From: Mesotaenium endlicherianum
Taxonomy: Eukaryota
Assembly: GCA_009602735.1 (NCBI GenBank)
Contig: WELA01002297.1
Span: 842,773-891,078 of the forward strand
DNA: 48,306 nt
Reading direction: 5' to 3'
Made by a program: the position numbers and the translations under genes. Position 1 is the first letter of the stretch. Every line of letters begins with the position of its first letter. The notes beneath the pieces were generated by a model, which searched no databases, was not told the DNA's origin, and saw nothing but the letters and a program-made list of their open reading frames with translations. Below are positions 1 to 10,357 of the stretch, in pieces.

Positions 1-237
1 TCCTTTTGTGTGGTGGGAGCCATACTGAACATGTAACCAGGGCACAAGTTAGTAGGATATCGACCTTTGTCCTAGAAGTTGCAGGAAGGGAGTAAGTTCG
101 TATTAGTATGGTGTATTCGTTCCTGTTTACCTTACAGGGTGATTGCCAGGAGTTGACGTAGTTGCGGTGCGCTAGACATATACGTATGAATGTGTTTTCA
201 GGTGTGTTAAGTGATGTATGGCTGTGCGAGGGCCTTT
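1..237 (-). mobile_element. Fragment D: pol-to-accessory-ORF spacer and first codons (MAPTTQK) of the accessory ORF of the chromovirus family; continues off the left edge
   Basis: Reverse complement aligns with 12,657-12,896 of copy C (cacatcactt..., caccctgtaaggtaaaca, tactaacttgtgccctg, atggctcccacca). ATG is at 23-21. Confidence 0.85.
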
Positions 238-697
238 TGAAATGAATCGACTTACCAAATAGGCGATTAACAATTAATAAAGATCTTCATATCAGCAAGT
301 AATCTTTATGATATTTCCGTTAACTGTTTTAACGGCAAAGGACAATACACTAGCAGTGAATAATACTCGTCAGTCAAATGAGAGTAAACTAGCATCAATA
401 ATGCAAATCAGTAAACTCATACATAAGCAAGGTTAGAAGACAGTTGGTATCAATGGCTTCTTGCCTTGGATTCAGATCTCTCTCAGCAAGCTGTCCAAGA
501 GAGTTGGCCTCATTTCCAAATCCGAACTCGAGAGCAATGTCTAGCGTATGTACATGGAATGAGTTTACTGTTCAACGGTCAGTGCGATGGCACCGCCTAC
601 CCGGGAGTTAACCACGTTGGTAGGACCTCGGTTAACCAAATCCACCGCCATCTCCCATCATCCCGAATCGCCATCCATCATAGGGATGTCATCTGGC
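238..697 (-). mobile_element. LTR E (partial, 3' half) of the A/B/C family inserted into fragment D
   Basis: Starts TGAAATGAATCGACTTACC, the reverse complement of the family LTR end ...GATTCATTTCA. No PBS is adjacent. Truncated by the N gap. Confidence 0.9.
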
Positions 698-807
698 NNN
701 NNNNNNNNNNNNNNNNNNNNNNNNNNNNNNNNNNNNNNNNNNNNNNNNNNNNNNNNNNNNNNNNNNNNNNNNNNNNNNNNNNNNNNNNNNNNNNNNNNNN
801 NNNNNNN

Positions 808-1008
808 TTCTAACCTTGCTTATGTATGAGTTTACTGATTTGCATCATTGATGCTAGTTTACTCGCATTTGACTTACGAGTATTATTCCCTGCTAGTGTA
901 TTGTCCTTTGCCGTTAAAACAGTTAACGGAAATATCATAAAGATTACTTGCTGATATAAAGATCTTTATTAATTGTTAATCGCCTATTTGGTAAGTCGAT
1001 TCATTTCA
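808..1008 (+). repeat. 5' LTR of copy A (3' end only)
   Basis: Matches 10,157-10,357 with about 9 differences in 201 nt, ends ...GATTCATTTCA and is followed by the PBS. Confidence 0.92.
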
Positions 1009-1009
1009 G

Positions 1010-1021
1010 TGGTATCGGAGC
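1010..1021 (+). promoter_or_regulatory. Primer binding site, tRNA-iMet type
   Basis: TGGTATCGGAGC 1 nt after the LTR. The canonical plant iMet PBS is TGGTATCAGAGC. Confidence 0.9.
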
Positions 1022-1042
1022 AGTTATCACAGTCTTCTTTGT

Positions 1043-2521
1043 ATGGTAAGGACAAGGTCTCAAACTAGCAACTCCCGAGACATGGAGAACCTGGATAACG
1101 AGAATGTCGAAAACCAGGCGGAAAGCCATGTAGCGGGAAACCGTACCTATTCGGAAGCAGTAGCAGATGTTGCAGCTAGGGAGGCTGCAGAGGAGGCAGC
1201 TGCTATTGCCGCAGTCGCAGCTCAGCAAGCTGAGGAGGAGAGAACCAGGCTAGAAGCTGAACAAGTAGCAAAGGCCGCTGAAGATACAGAAAGGAGGGAA
1301 AGACAGCCAGCTGACGAGCGCACTGTCGAGGAACTCATGGCATCAAGGGCCAATGTTCTGAACCCACCTCCTGCTGTACAACTCAATGTACCCCTAGGTC
1401 AAATACGTGACCGGCTGAATGCGGCAGGAATTGCTGCTGCAGGAGCGAGAGGGATTGTTGAGGACACTACTCAGCGAGTAGATGCCAATGCTGCTGCTGC
1501 ATTTGCTAATCTACCACCCCAAAGTGTAGACTTGGGAGCATTGTTCGTTCAGATGCAGTCGCAAATGGCGACCATGTATCAGTCCCAGCAGGAGGACAAA
1601 AGAATCATAATGTCCCTACTGCGGGACAGAGACCAACTGGGGTCTCACACCACTAGTGGTGGTGGCCGAGGGCCTAGTAAGCCCAAGCCGAAACCTCCCC
1701 AGGACTATGATCCTGAGGGAAACAGAAAATATTACCTGATCAAGTTTCTCGCGGATGTTGAGCAGTGGCTGGAGAACTACCCAGAACTGCAAGATTACGA
1801 GAAGGTCAGGCACACCGGTGCGCTACTGAAAGGCAGTGCCGCAGACTGGTGGCTTTACTGGAAGGAAGAGCGTAAGGCTCGGCAACTCGGTGACCCTACG
1901 TGGGTAGAGTTTGTCGAGAAGTTGCATGAGAAGTTTGATGTCATCAACCAGCAGGAGAAAGCTATCTATGCGATGATCTCCCTGACACTGAAGCAGACCA
2001 CTTCAGTTGCTGAGTTTGCTCAAAAGTTCCAAGAGAACATGATGAAGCAGCCAGATTTGCCAGAACGGTATAGGATAGCATACTTCAGGTATGGCTTGAA
2101 ATCCGAGGTCTCTGGTCATTTTGCTGAGAAAAAGTATGAGAAACTGGCTGACTTGATCCAGGATGCTGACGCCTGGGATCAGCAGCAGTTCAATCACAAG
2201 CGCCAGAGTAACGCTTTGGTGTCTAAGATTGTCAAAAAGCCCCACGGTTCCTACAATGCAGTTGAAGGAGACCAGGCTGAGGATAATCAGGGTGATGAAT
2301 ATGAGTATGAGTACAATGCTATTCAGTCTAGAGGTAGAGGTGGTCCCTCTCGAGGTGGCTATGGAAGGGGTGGTGGTAGGACTAAGCCGAGACCAGCCTC
2401 AGCAAAATCCACTTGCTACCATTGTCAGCAGAAAGGCCACTACAGAGAACAGTGTCCGGTCAAGCACCTTCCGAAAGTTCAGAGAAATGACCAGCCTTTA
2501 AAAGACAGCAACAGTCAGTAA
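1043..2521 (+). CDS. gag: Gag polyprotein of copy A (492 aa)
   Basis: Retrotransposon gag core (LKGSAADWW...TWVEFVEKL...[10 protein letters not shown]), RGG tract and CCHC zinc knuckle [14 protein letters not shown]. Confidence 0.93.
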   Translation: MVRTRSQTSNSRDMENLDNENVENQAESHVAGNRTYSEAVADVAAREAAEEAAAIAAVAAQQAEEERTRLEAEQVAKAAEDTERRERQPADERTVEELMASRANVLNPPPAVQLNVPLGQIRDRLNAAGIAAAGARGIVEDTTQRVDANAAAAFANLPPQSVDLGALFVQMQSQMATMYQSQQEDKRIIMSLLRDRDQLGSHTTSGGGRGPSKPKPKPPQDYDPEGNRKYYLIKFLADVEQWLENYPELQDYEKVRHTGALLKGSAADWWLYWKEERKARQLGDPTWVEFVEKLHEKFDVINQQEKAIYAMISLTLKQTTSVAEFAQKFQENMMKQPDLPERYRIAYFRYGLKSEVSGHFAEKKYEKLADLIQDADAWDQQQFNHKRQSNALVSKIVKKPHGSYNAVEGDQAEDNQGDEYEYEYNAIQSRGRGGPSRGGYGRGGGRTKPRPASAKSTCYHCQQKGHYREQCPVKHLPKVQRNDQPLKDSNSQ

Positions 2522-2535
2522 TTCAGTCTGACTGT
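2497..2535 (+). promoter_or_regulatory. Predicted -1 ribosomal frameshift signal (gag-pol) of copy A
   Basis: Slippery T_TTA_AAA (2497-2503) in the gag frame, 7-nt spacer, perfect 8-bp stem ACAGTCAG/CTGACTGT (2511-2535). The pol frame is -1 and opens only after the TGA at 2488. Confidence 0.8.
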
Positions 2536-4350
2536 GAGGATGCTATAGATAGTGAGTCGTCACTAGCTGCCCTCGTAGCAGGTATTATGGGTCCTGCTGA
2601 ACTGGATTCACTATGCATGCCTGACAACCAGATAAAGGAGACCATCAGCAATATGGACGTCCAGAGAGTGCACACTCTGGATGCTCTTGTTCCACCTGAT
2701 GTCCAACATTTCTTTGCTACGTCAGGAGAACAATGCGAAAGTCAGGAAAAGACAGTCCCCCCTATCCTACTGCATTGCATGATTGCAGGTAGGAAGGTGA
2801 GGGCATTTGTTGACGGAGGGGCGTCACATACTTTTATCCACAAGGACTTAGTTAAGCGGCTAAGGCTGCCTACTGTCACCCAAGGGAATAGAAAAATATT
2901 CCTTGGAGATGCCTCAAGTATCCCGGGAGGAGTTATAACCAAGCCTATTGAGGTCCAGTTAGGTTCTGGCATTGCAGTTCTAACTGAAACGCTTACATTT
3001 GAGGTACTCAACACTGGCTTTTATGATCTCGTGCTAGGCAGGTCCTGGCTTAATAGACATCAAGCTGAAGTGTGTTGGAGCAGAGGTACAGTTAAAGTGA
3101 GAGGAGCCAGTGATGGGCAGACTGACTTGGCACCCACCAGTGCTCTTCCTCTTGTCCTGTGTGGATGGCAAATGAAGGAAAAGAAGAGGCTTCCAGAAGG
3201 ATGCAAGTTGCTGAATGCAATGGAGTTCGTCAAAAGCTGGAACCAGAAGGAGGACAGAATGTTCTGTCTGCTGCTAAGAGAGGTACCTCTTCAACCTGAA
3301 GAAGTGGTTGAGAAAAAGGTAAGCCCTCCGAAGCACCCTACTGCTGCAAAACTTGTTGCTCAGTACACTGATATATTTAATATGCCTCCAAGACTACTCC
3401 CTAAGAGGGAAGTAGATCATAGGACTGATTTATTACCTGGGAGTCAACCACCTTGGCAACGCACTTATGGCTTGTCTTATGTGGAGAGCGAGGAGTTGAA
3501 AACACAGATTGCAGAGCTTGAGGAAAATGGTTATATTTCTCCCAGTAAATCACCTTACGGCGCACCCATCCTATTTGTTAAGAAAAAGGATGGCAGTATG
3601 CGGATGTGTGTGGATTACAGAGCCCTGAACAGAATTACAGTAAAGAACAAGTATGCTTTACCCAGGATCAAAGACTTGCTTGATACCCTGTCTGGTGCTA
3701 AGGTGTTCAGTAAGATAGATCTCAAGAGTGGTTATCATCAAATCAGAATTGCTGAGGGGGATGAACACAAGACTGCATTCCGTACACGTTATGGACACTA
3801 TGAGTTCAACGTGAAACCATTTGGACTGACTAATGCTCCTGCGACCTTCATGGGTGCTATGAATGACATTTCCAGACCTTATTTGTATAAGTTTGTGCAG
3901 GTTTTCCTGGATGATATTTTAATTTTCTCTAAAGATGAAGCTCAGCACGCTGAACACTTAAAGACAGTCCTGGACACTCTAAGAACGAATCACTTATATG
4001 CTAAAATGAGCAAGTGTGATTTCTTTAAGGAAAGTATTGAATTCTTAGGCCACGTTGTCAGTAAAGAGGGCATCAGTGTGGATCCTAAGAAAGTCCAGAC
4101 CATAAGGGACTGGCCAGTACCACAGTCTGTCTCTGAAGTTAGATCCTTCCTCGGGTTGGCTAACTACTATAGGAGATTTATTGAGAATTATTCCACAAAG
4201 GCCAGTAAACTGACTGACCTTACTAAGAAAGACATCGGGTGTGTGTGGGGGGAAGAGCAGCAGGCTGCCTTCCAGACCCTTAAGGATGCCCTTTGTTCTG
4301 CCCCAGTGCTAGCCGTGTATGACCCCAGCAAACCGGTGCAGGTGGTTACT

Positions 4351-5610
4351 TGAAATGAATCTTGCTTAATCAATATTAATATATTTCATTTAAATATAAA
4401 AGATCAGAGATAGGTGGAAGCGTGTGAAATCAGGGAGCGATCTTTGCCCTTATAATGAATTCCGTTTACTCATCTATAGTCCTTGACTCACTTATCGTAG
4501 TGTGCCATAGTTGCACACGAATACAAGGCACAAGAAAGAGGCGAGCTTGAGGACTAGAGCTTCTCCTTTAGAAAAACCTGACCTCTTGCCTACCAGGCAT
4601 ACAAGCATGTGTAAGCACATACACAACATCAGGGACTGAATAGCAAAGGCGCTCTCATTCAGATGACCATAAAGTAGCTAAAACACATCCCACTGACTTA
4701 GGTGCAAAAACCATGGAATCTGTCTGCTGTGTGACCCCGAAATGTCAGAGGGCATAACTCTGTCAATACTACTCCAAATTGAGCAAACTCAACGGCAACG
4801 GATGCATCTTGACGAGACCTTTCTGAAATGTTCTAGTTTCCTCCAAATGAAGCGCAAACGAAGCAGCCATGGCAATTTCCGTGAAGGCTGGTCATTAGAA
4901 CAAACCCAAAAAGTGCACACATCACTTGCAAGTAGAAATCCGACTGTAAAGCCTACTGTCCAGAATGAGGGACCACGAGATCCCAGCCTGCTATGAACCT
5001 AGTGACCACCTGGTTGACCACGGCGCAAGGTGCGCCGTTTCGTGGGAAACACGTTAAGTTGGGACCCACGGATCTAGGTCTAACGACCATATTAATTGGT
5101 CGGTTGACTGAAGTCCTAATAGTTCAGTTGACTAACGACGGCTCCGCCTACCCAGGAGTTAACCATACTGGTAGGACATCGGTTTACCGAATCTCAGTCG
5201 ACCTTCCGACTTCCAGTATTCTGCGGTCACATGTGCCAATCTATAATAATAATCTAATTGAACGTATCTATCCTCAGCGTACTGAAGCTAAGTATACTGA
5301 CTAATATCAAGCGAGCTTACTATATGTCAACCTACTGATATTACATCCTATATATAACTGATATATGAATCTCAGCAAACTATACTATGATACAAAAGTC
5401 ATCCTGTTGACCTTCTCAACAAAGTCAGCAAACTACACTGTGATACACAAGTCATCCTGCTGACCTTTTTGACAAAGTAAGTAAACTCGCATTACATTGA
5501 CATACATTCATTTAGATGAACTCGCACATGTGAGCATATTGACATAATACTTATTTAAAATTATATATATGTATGCAATTAATTAAATAATGATGAACTG
5601 ACTCATTACA
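4351..5610 (-). mobile_element. Solo LTR (1260 bp) of a related family, inserted in the RNase H of copy A
   Basis: TG...CA ends (TGAAATGAAT...ACTCATTACA) match the A-family termini in reverse. 5-bp TSD TTACT at 4346-4350 and 5611-5615. Confidence 0.92.
5373..5478. repeat. Two ~53-bp tandem repeats inside the solo LTR
   Basis: cagcaaactaYactRtgatacaMaagtcatcctgYtgacctt...acaaagt occurs twice. Confidence 0.8.
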
Positions 5611-7618
5611 TTACTGATGCCTCTGACTTTGCCATGGGTGCTATTTTGTTGCAGCCTGCTGACAAAACCACGAAGGATGGTAAGGTACGGCAGGAGTGGC
5701 ATCCTGTGCTGTATGAGTCTATGAAATTTAATCCAGCGGAGATTAATTACTCAGTGCATGATAAAGAGCTGCTAGCTATCATTCATGTACTCAAACAGTG
5801 GAGAGCATACTTACATGGTAAAGCTTTTAAGGTGATTACAGATCATCTAGCTCTGACTCACTTTCAGAAGAAGTCCAAGCTGTCGAGGAGGGAGAACCGC
5901 TGGAGCCAGATGCTGGAGCAGTTCCAAGTCCAGATCGACTACAAACCAGGGAAGTTGAACCCTGCTGATGCACTCTCTAGAAGACCTGACTTGCAAGAAA
6001 GGAACTTTAGTCAGCATACTGTAGATAAAGTCCTGTGTGCACTCACTTCACTAAAGGTGAAAAAGTCCTTCCTTGAACAACTTAGGAAAGCCTACCTTTC
6101 TGACCCAACATTTGAGCCCAGCCCCACTACTGGTATGTGTCGTGCTACCGCACTCGGGTATAAGCTCAAGGGAGGGGTCTGGGTGACTGAAACCACTTCA
6201 GGCAGGCTGAAGCTGGTCATTCCTAATAATTTGGAAATAAGGTCTCTCTTACTGAGTCAAGCTCATGACAGTCTCCTGGGTGGACATTTGGGGCAGGCCA
6301 AAACTGTTGGCAAACTGGCAAAACATTATCATTGGGAGGGGTTACCCCGGGAGGTCTTGAAATATGTCAAGTCCTGTGACCAGTGTCAGAGAAATAAGTC
6401 TCGGCACACACCACCCGGAGGTCTCTTGCAACCGCTACCCATCCCAGCGGGACGCTGGGAAACTATATCCATGGACTGGGTGGTCTCACTACCAAGAACT
6501 GCCAACGGGCATGATTCAATACTGGTAGTCGTGGATAAACTGACAAAAATGGTCATTTTTATCCCCACAACTGTCAAAGTGACTGCACTCGAAACAGCGA
6601 GACAGTTTTACAACCATGTAGTATGCCAACATGGGCTCCCTTCTAATATCATCTCAGACAGAGACTCAAAATTCACCTCTAAGTTCTGGAGAGCTTTAAT
6701 GGGGTTAATGGGAGTCAAACAGCTGCTCAGCACAGCAAACCACCCTCAGACTGATGGGCAGACTGAAAGAACTAACCGAGTTCTGCAGGAGGTGCTGAGA
6801 GCATATATTAACCAAAAACAAGATAATTGGGATGACCTGTTGCCTCAAATTCAGTTTGCGGTCAACAGTGCGGTGCACGCGTCAACGGGCAAAACTCCTT
6901 TTGAACTCAGCCTGGGTAGAGTCCCTAAGTCTCCTCTAGATGTGCTAGGGGAATCTTTAACTCACCCTGAAGGGATTGACAACCCGGTCTCCCTCCAGTT
7001 AACTCAGGAGTTTGCTGACACCCTGTCAGAAGTCCAACGAAACTTGCACACGGCCCAAGAAAACCAACAAAAATACGCTAATCAACACCGTCGGGAACTG
7101 ACATTTTCCAAGGGGGATTTAGTCAAACTGCATTCTCAGCACCTGTACCTCCCTGGTGTGGCCAAGAAAAAGCTTGGCCCTGTCTGGGTCGGTCCATATT
7201 CGGTGGTCCGACGTGTCGGTCAGAATGCTTACAAACTGAATATGTCCGCTGACTACAAGGGTCACCCGGTCTTTAATGTCTCCTTCCTGGAACCATACAT
7301 CAAAGGTGATACACTGTTCACAGGTCGGTTACCGGTCCAACCGGGACCGGTCCCCGCTGTCCGGGACGACGACACTAAGGAATATGAGGTCGATGAGATT
7401 TTAGACGCTCGCTCGGTCCGTCGATCGTCTAAATATGTCATGAAGTACCTCATCCGATGGAAGGGTTACGATGCCTCTGGGGACACTTGGGAATTTAAAG
7501 ATCAGCTGACCCATGCCAAAGGGGCGTTGAAACGGTTCCACCTTCGGGCGGCTGGGGCACCTCCCTAACAGTCATTTCAGTTGACACGGGAAGGTGACAG
7601 GAGGTCCTGTCTCCATAT

Positions 7619-7690
7619 AAGTTGGAGGGAGATGTGACAGTTAGTGACAGTAGTGACAAGCAGCCCACCTTTAAATTTAAGTTGGAGGGA
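7619..7690 (+). other. Two internal PPT-like copies just downstream of the pol stop
   Basis: AAGTTGGAGGGA at 7619-7630 (followed by GA-TGT) and at 7679-7690, identical to the true PPT at 9594. Confidence 0.75.
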
Positions 7691-7892
7691 GTGGTAGTCT
7701 CTGATCACCATATTACCCACTCAACCTGCGCTCACACTCAATTGCTCTCCAACTCAAATTTTCCTTATATTCGCTCACACCAGGTATTCCACTCTAGGAA
7801 CTCTCCCGATCGCGTCCCTCTTCATCAAGGGCACTCAGTAGCGGCAAAATAGCATGACTTCACTAGCTGCATAGTGTTTTTGATTGAGCAGG

Positions 7893-9490
7893 ATGACTCA
7901 AAAGTCGGAACTCAAGAGGAAGCGAAGGGCGGAAGAGGCACATGCAGAATACTTGCAGTTCCGTGGAGACATCGAATCATCTTCCATCTCCGCTCGGGAA
8001 TCACAACGACTCCAACAACAGCGGGAGGCACAGAAGAAGAAGGAGGAGGAGGAACAGGCCAGACTGAGGCAGGAAGAACTGGACAGAAAAGCTGCAGAGG
8101 AGGCTAAGAAAGCAGAGGAGGAGAGGCAAGCTGAGGAGAAGCGGAAGCAGCAGGCTGAAGAAGAAGAACAGAGGAGAATCAGCAGCTACCGCTACACGGT
8201 GCTGGGCAAGGGCTTTGATCTAATGGAGGAGGCCTTCAAGTATGCTCAGAGAAGTCGCAGTGAGTCGCAGAAGAAAATCCTCCAGTAAGAAGGGGAGACA
8301 TCCGAAAACTTCGACAAGTATATAGAGGTCGGCACAGGGCTCCTCCTCTACCACGATTACGCCAGGATGGTAGGATATACCATCGGAGAGGCCAAGGCAA
8401 TGGCCCAGGTGAACGAAGCAGGAGCTGTCTCGATTCCTGGTATCTGGGGGGCAGATAGGGTCATCAGGATGATCCCCATGGACGCGGACAGCTTCAAGGA
8501 CTCAACACCCCACAACAGGTTCAAGGCCATGTACAATGAGGTGGAGAGGAGGAGCTGGGAATTCTTGGCCAGAGAAACCAGTCAGCTGGACTTTGCAGGG
8601 CACTGGTACCCTTGTACTCTCAGAAAGACAGACGCTGCCTTCTTCCAAAAGCCCACTGATTGGCGGTGGATGACCATCAACATGAGGGACCAGCAGAATG
8701 ACAGGGCGACGGATGAGGATTTCCTGACAGACCTAAACGGGAACATAGTATTGCCCCCTCACATTGCGGCTTGGGATCCAAGATTGGATGGAGTCAGAGA
8801 CTGCATGAGCCAAGAGATGCAGGGGGACAGAAGCAGGGCCCGAGAGTCATTCTCCAAAGGGAAGCACGCTTATGCCAAATGGGCAAGTAAGCAGGGGGAA
8901 AAGGACCTCTATGCGGTCCGGACTCAGCAGCCCCCACCAGCACCCAAAAGGGGAAGGTCAGTAGGATATTCTTTTTCTCGGGAGGAGCTGGAGCAGCGGA
9001 CAGAGGAGACCCCAGAAGTCTCAGAGGAACCCGGGGACGGCGAGGAGGCGGAGTCGGAGGAAGACGAGGAGGAAGGCGAGGAGGAGGACACTAGCCCCGC
9101 CGTGATCCTGACACCTGCCACATCCCCTGTAAGGGAGAAGACGGGGTGGGCCCCGCCGCAACTCGCTCAAGAGGAGGATATCACTTGGCTGGGGACTGCC
9201 AGCGGACAGAGCCCATCTCCAGGCAAGGAGACCCAGTCGGACAGGGCAGACAGGAGGGCTGCTCGGGAGATAGCCAGAGGTCTGCCAGCATCTCCCTCGC
9301 AGAGAGGGCATGTACCCTTGGCTCATGTCATGCAACATCCTTCCGCGAGAAGGCTGCCTCCCTTCAGTTTCAGACTGTGCAGGAGGAAACAGCCCAGTTA
9401 CTGCGTTCTCCGCCGGGTCCTTACACGGAACCCCCTTCTCTAACAGGCTTCAAAAGACACCAAGACAGGAGGAGGTCTGGCTCCCCCTGA
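7893..9490 (+). pseudogene. Accessory third ORF of copy A (unknown nuclear-type protein, ~530 aa; one in-frame stop at 8286 and a frameshift near 9350)
   Basis: ORFs 7884-8288 and 8367-9443 share one frame (ILQ*EG vs LLQKEG in C). Colinear protein homology with the ORF of copy C. Confidence 0.8.
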
Positions 9491-9593
9491 GCATAGGGCC
9501 TCAGGGACATCTCCCTCCTAAGGGCAGCAGGCTGGGGATAAGAGGGACAGCACGCTGTTATTAGTAAGAGTGTTGTTGAGACGACAACATGAT

Positions 9594-9606
9594 AAGTTGG
9601 AGGGAT
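9594..9606 (+). other. Polypurine tract of copy A
   Basis: AAGTTGGAGGGAT immediately precedes the TGTAATGAATC LTR start. Confidence 0.88.
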
Positions 9607-10357
9607 TGTAATGAATCAGTATACTGGTCGATATAATATTCATTTAAATAATATAGTTAAATAAGTTCAGCCTGCTGAACTCTAGTTAACAATCAGTCTG
9701 CTGGACTTTATACTTAACATCAGTTTAATGACTTGGCCGGAAGTAGCAGGCTGAGGTCACCTTAAGTCAGCTTGCTGACACATTCTTTGACAGCCAGCTG
9801 ACTTCCGTACTCGGTAGCAGCGAACTGCCTCGATATGCATCTAAGTGTGGTATGCTAGATGAATGGCCAGATGACATCCCTATGATGGATGGCGATTCGG
9901 GATGATGGGAGATGGCGGTGGATTTGGTTAACCGAGGTCCTACCAACGTGGTTAACTCCCGGGTAGGCGGTGCCATCGCACTGACCGTTGAACAGTAAAC
10001 TCATTCCATGTACATATGCTAGGCATTGCTCTCGAGTTCGGCATTCGNCGCTAGACATTGCTCTCGAGTTCGGATTCGGAAATGAGGCCAACTCTCTTGG
10101 ACAGCTTGCTGAGAGAGATCTGAATCCAAGGCAAGAAGCCATTGATACGCACTGTCTTCTAACCTTGCTTATGTATGAGTTTACTGATTTGCATTATTGA
10201 TGCTAGCTTACTCTCATTTGACTGACGAGTATTATTCACTGCTAGTGTATTGTCCTTTGCCGTTAAAACAGTTAACGAAAATATCATAAAGATTACTTGC
10301 TGATTTGAAGATCTTTATTAATTGTTAATCGCCTATTTGGTAAGTCGATTCATATCA
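9607..10357 (+). repeat. 3' LTR of copy A (possibly a chimeric join at n10,048)
   Basis: TGTAATGAATC...GATTCATATCA with terminal inverted repeats; matches the other family LTRs. Confidence 0.88.

Larger units (their letters stand above)
2491..7568 (+). pseudogene. pol: pol of copy A (protease, RT, RNase H, integrase, chromodomain), interrupted at 4351-5615 by a solo LTR plus TSD
   Basis: Motifs [54 protein letters not shown] and YEVDEIL..YLIRWKGY. Removing the insertion restores QVVT-DASDFAMGAILLQ in frame. Confidence 0.93.
808..10357 (+). mobile_element. Ty3/gypsy chromovirus LTR retrotransposon, copy A (5' LTR truncated by gap; pol disrupted)
   Basis: Order is LTR end (CA at 1007-1008), PBS, gag, PR-RT-RH-IN-chromodomain, extra ORF, PPT, 3' LTR (9607-10357). 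Confidence 0.93.

Noticed and set aside
238..1008. Head-to-head inverted LTRs suggesting a DIRS-like or foldback element
   Set aside because: They are separated by an N gap of uncertain size. Both are ordinary TG..CA LTRs of a DDE-integrase element, and no tyrosine recombinase is present.
7893..9490. env gene
   Set aside because: The position fits, but there is no signal peptide, TM segment or fusion-protein pattern, and the protein is highly charged.
10018..10078. ~30-bp tandem duplication inside the A 3' LTR
   Set aside because: It straddles a single n. The left copy carries B-like variants and the right copy E-like variants, so it is probably a contig join of two LTR copies.
9767..10200. 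Short recurring ORFs in LTRs (MAPPTREL..., RTREQCLAY...)
   Set aside because: They recur only because the LTR is repeated. They are short, variably broken and have no recognisable domain.
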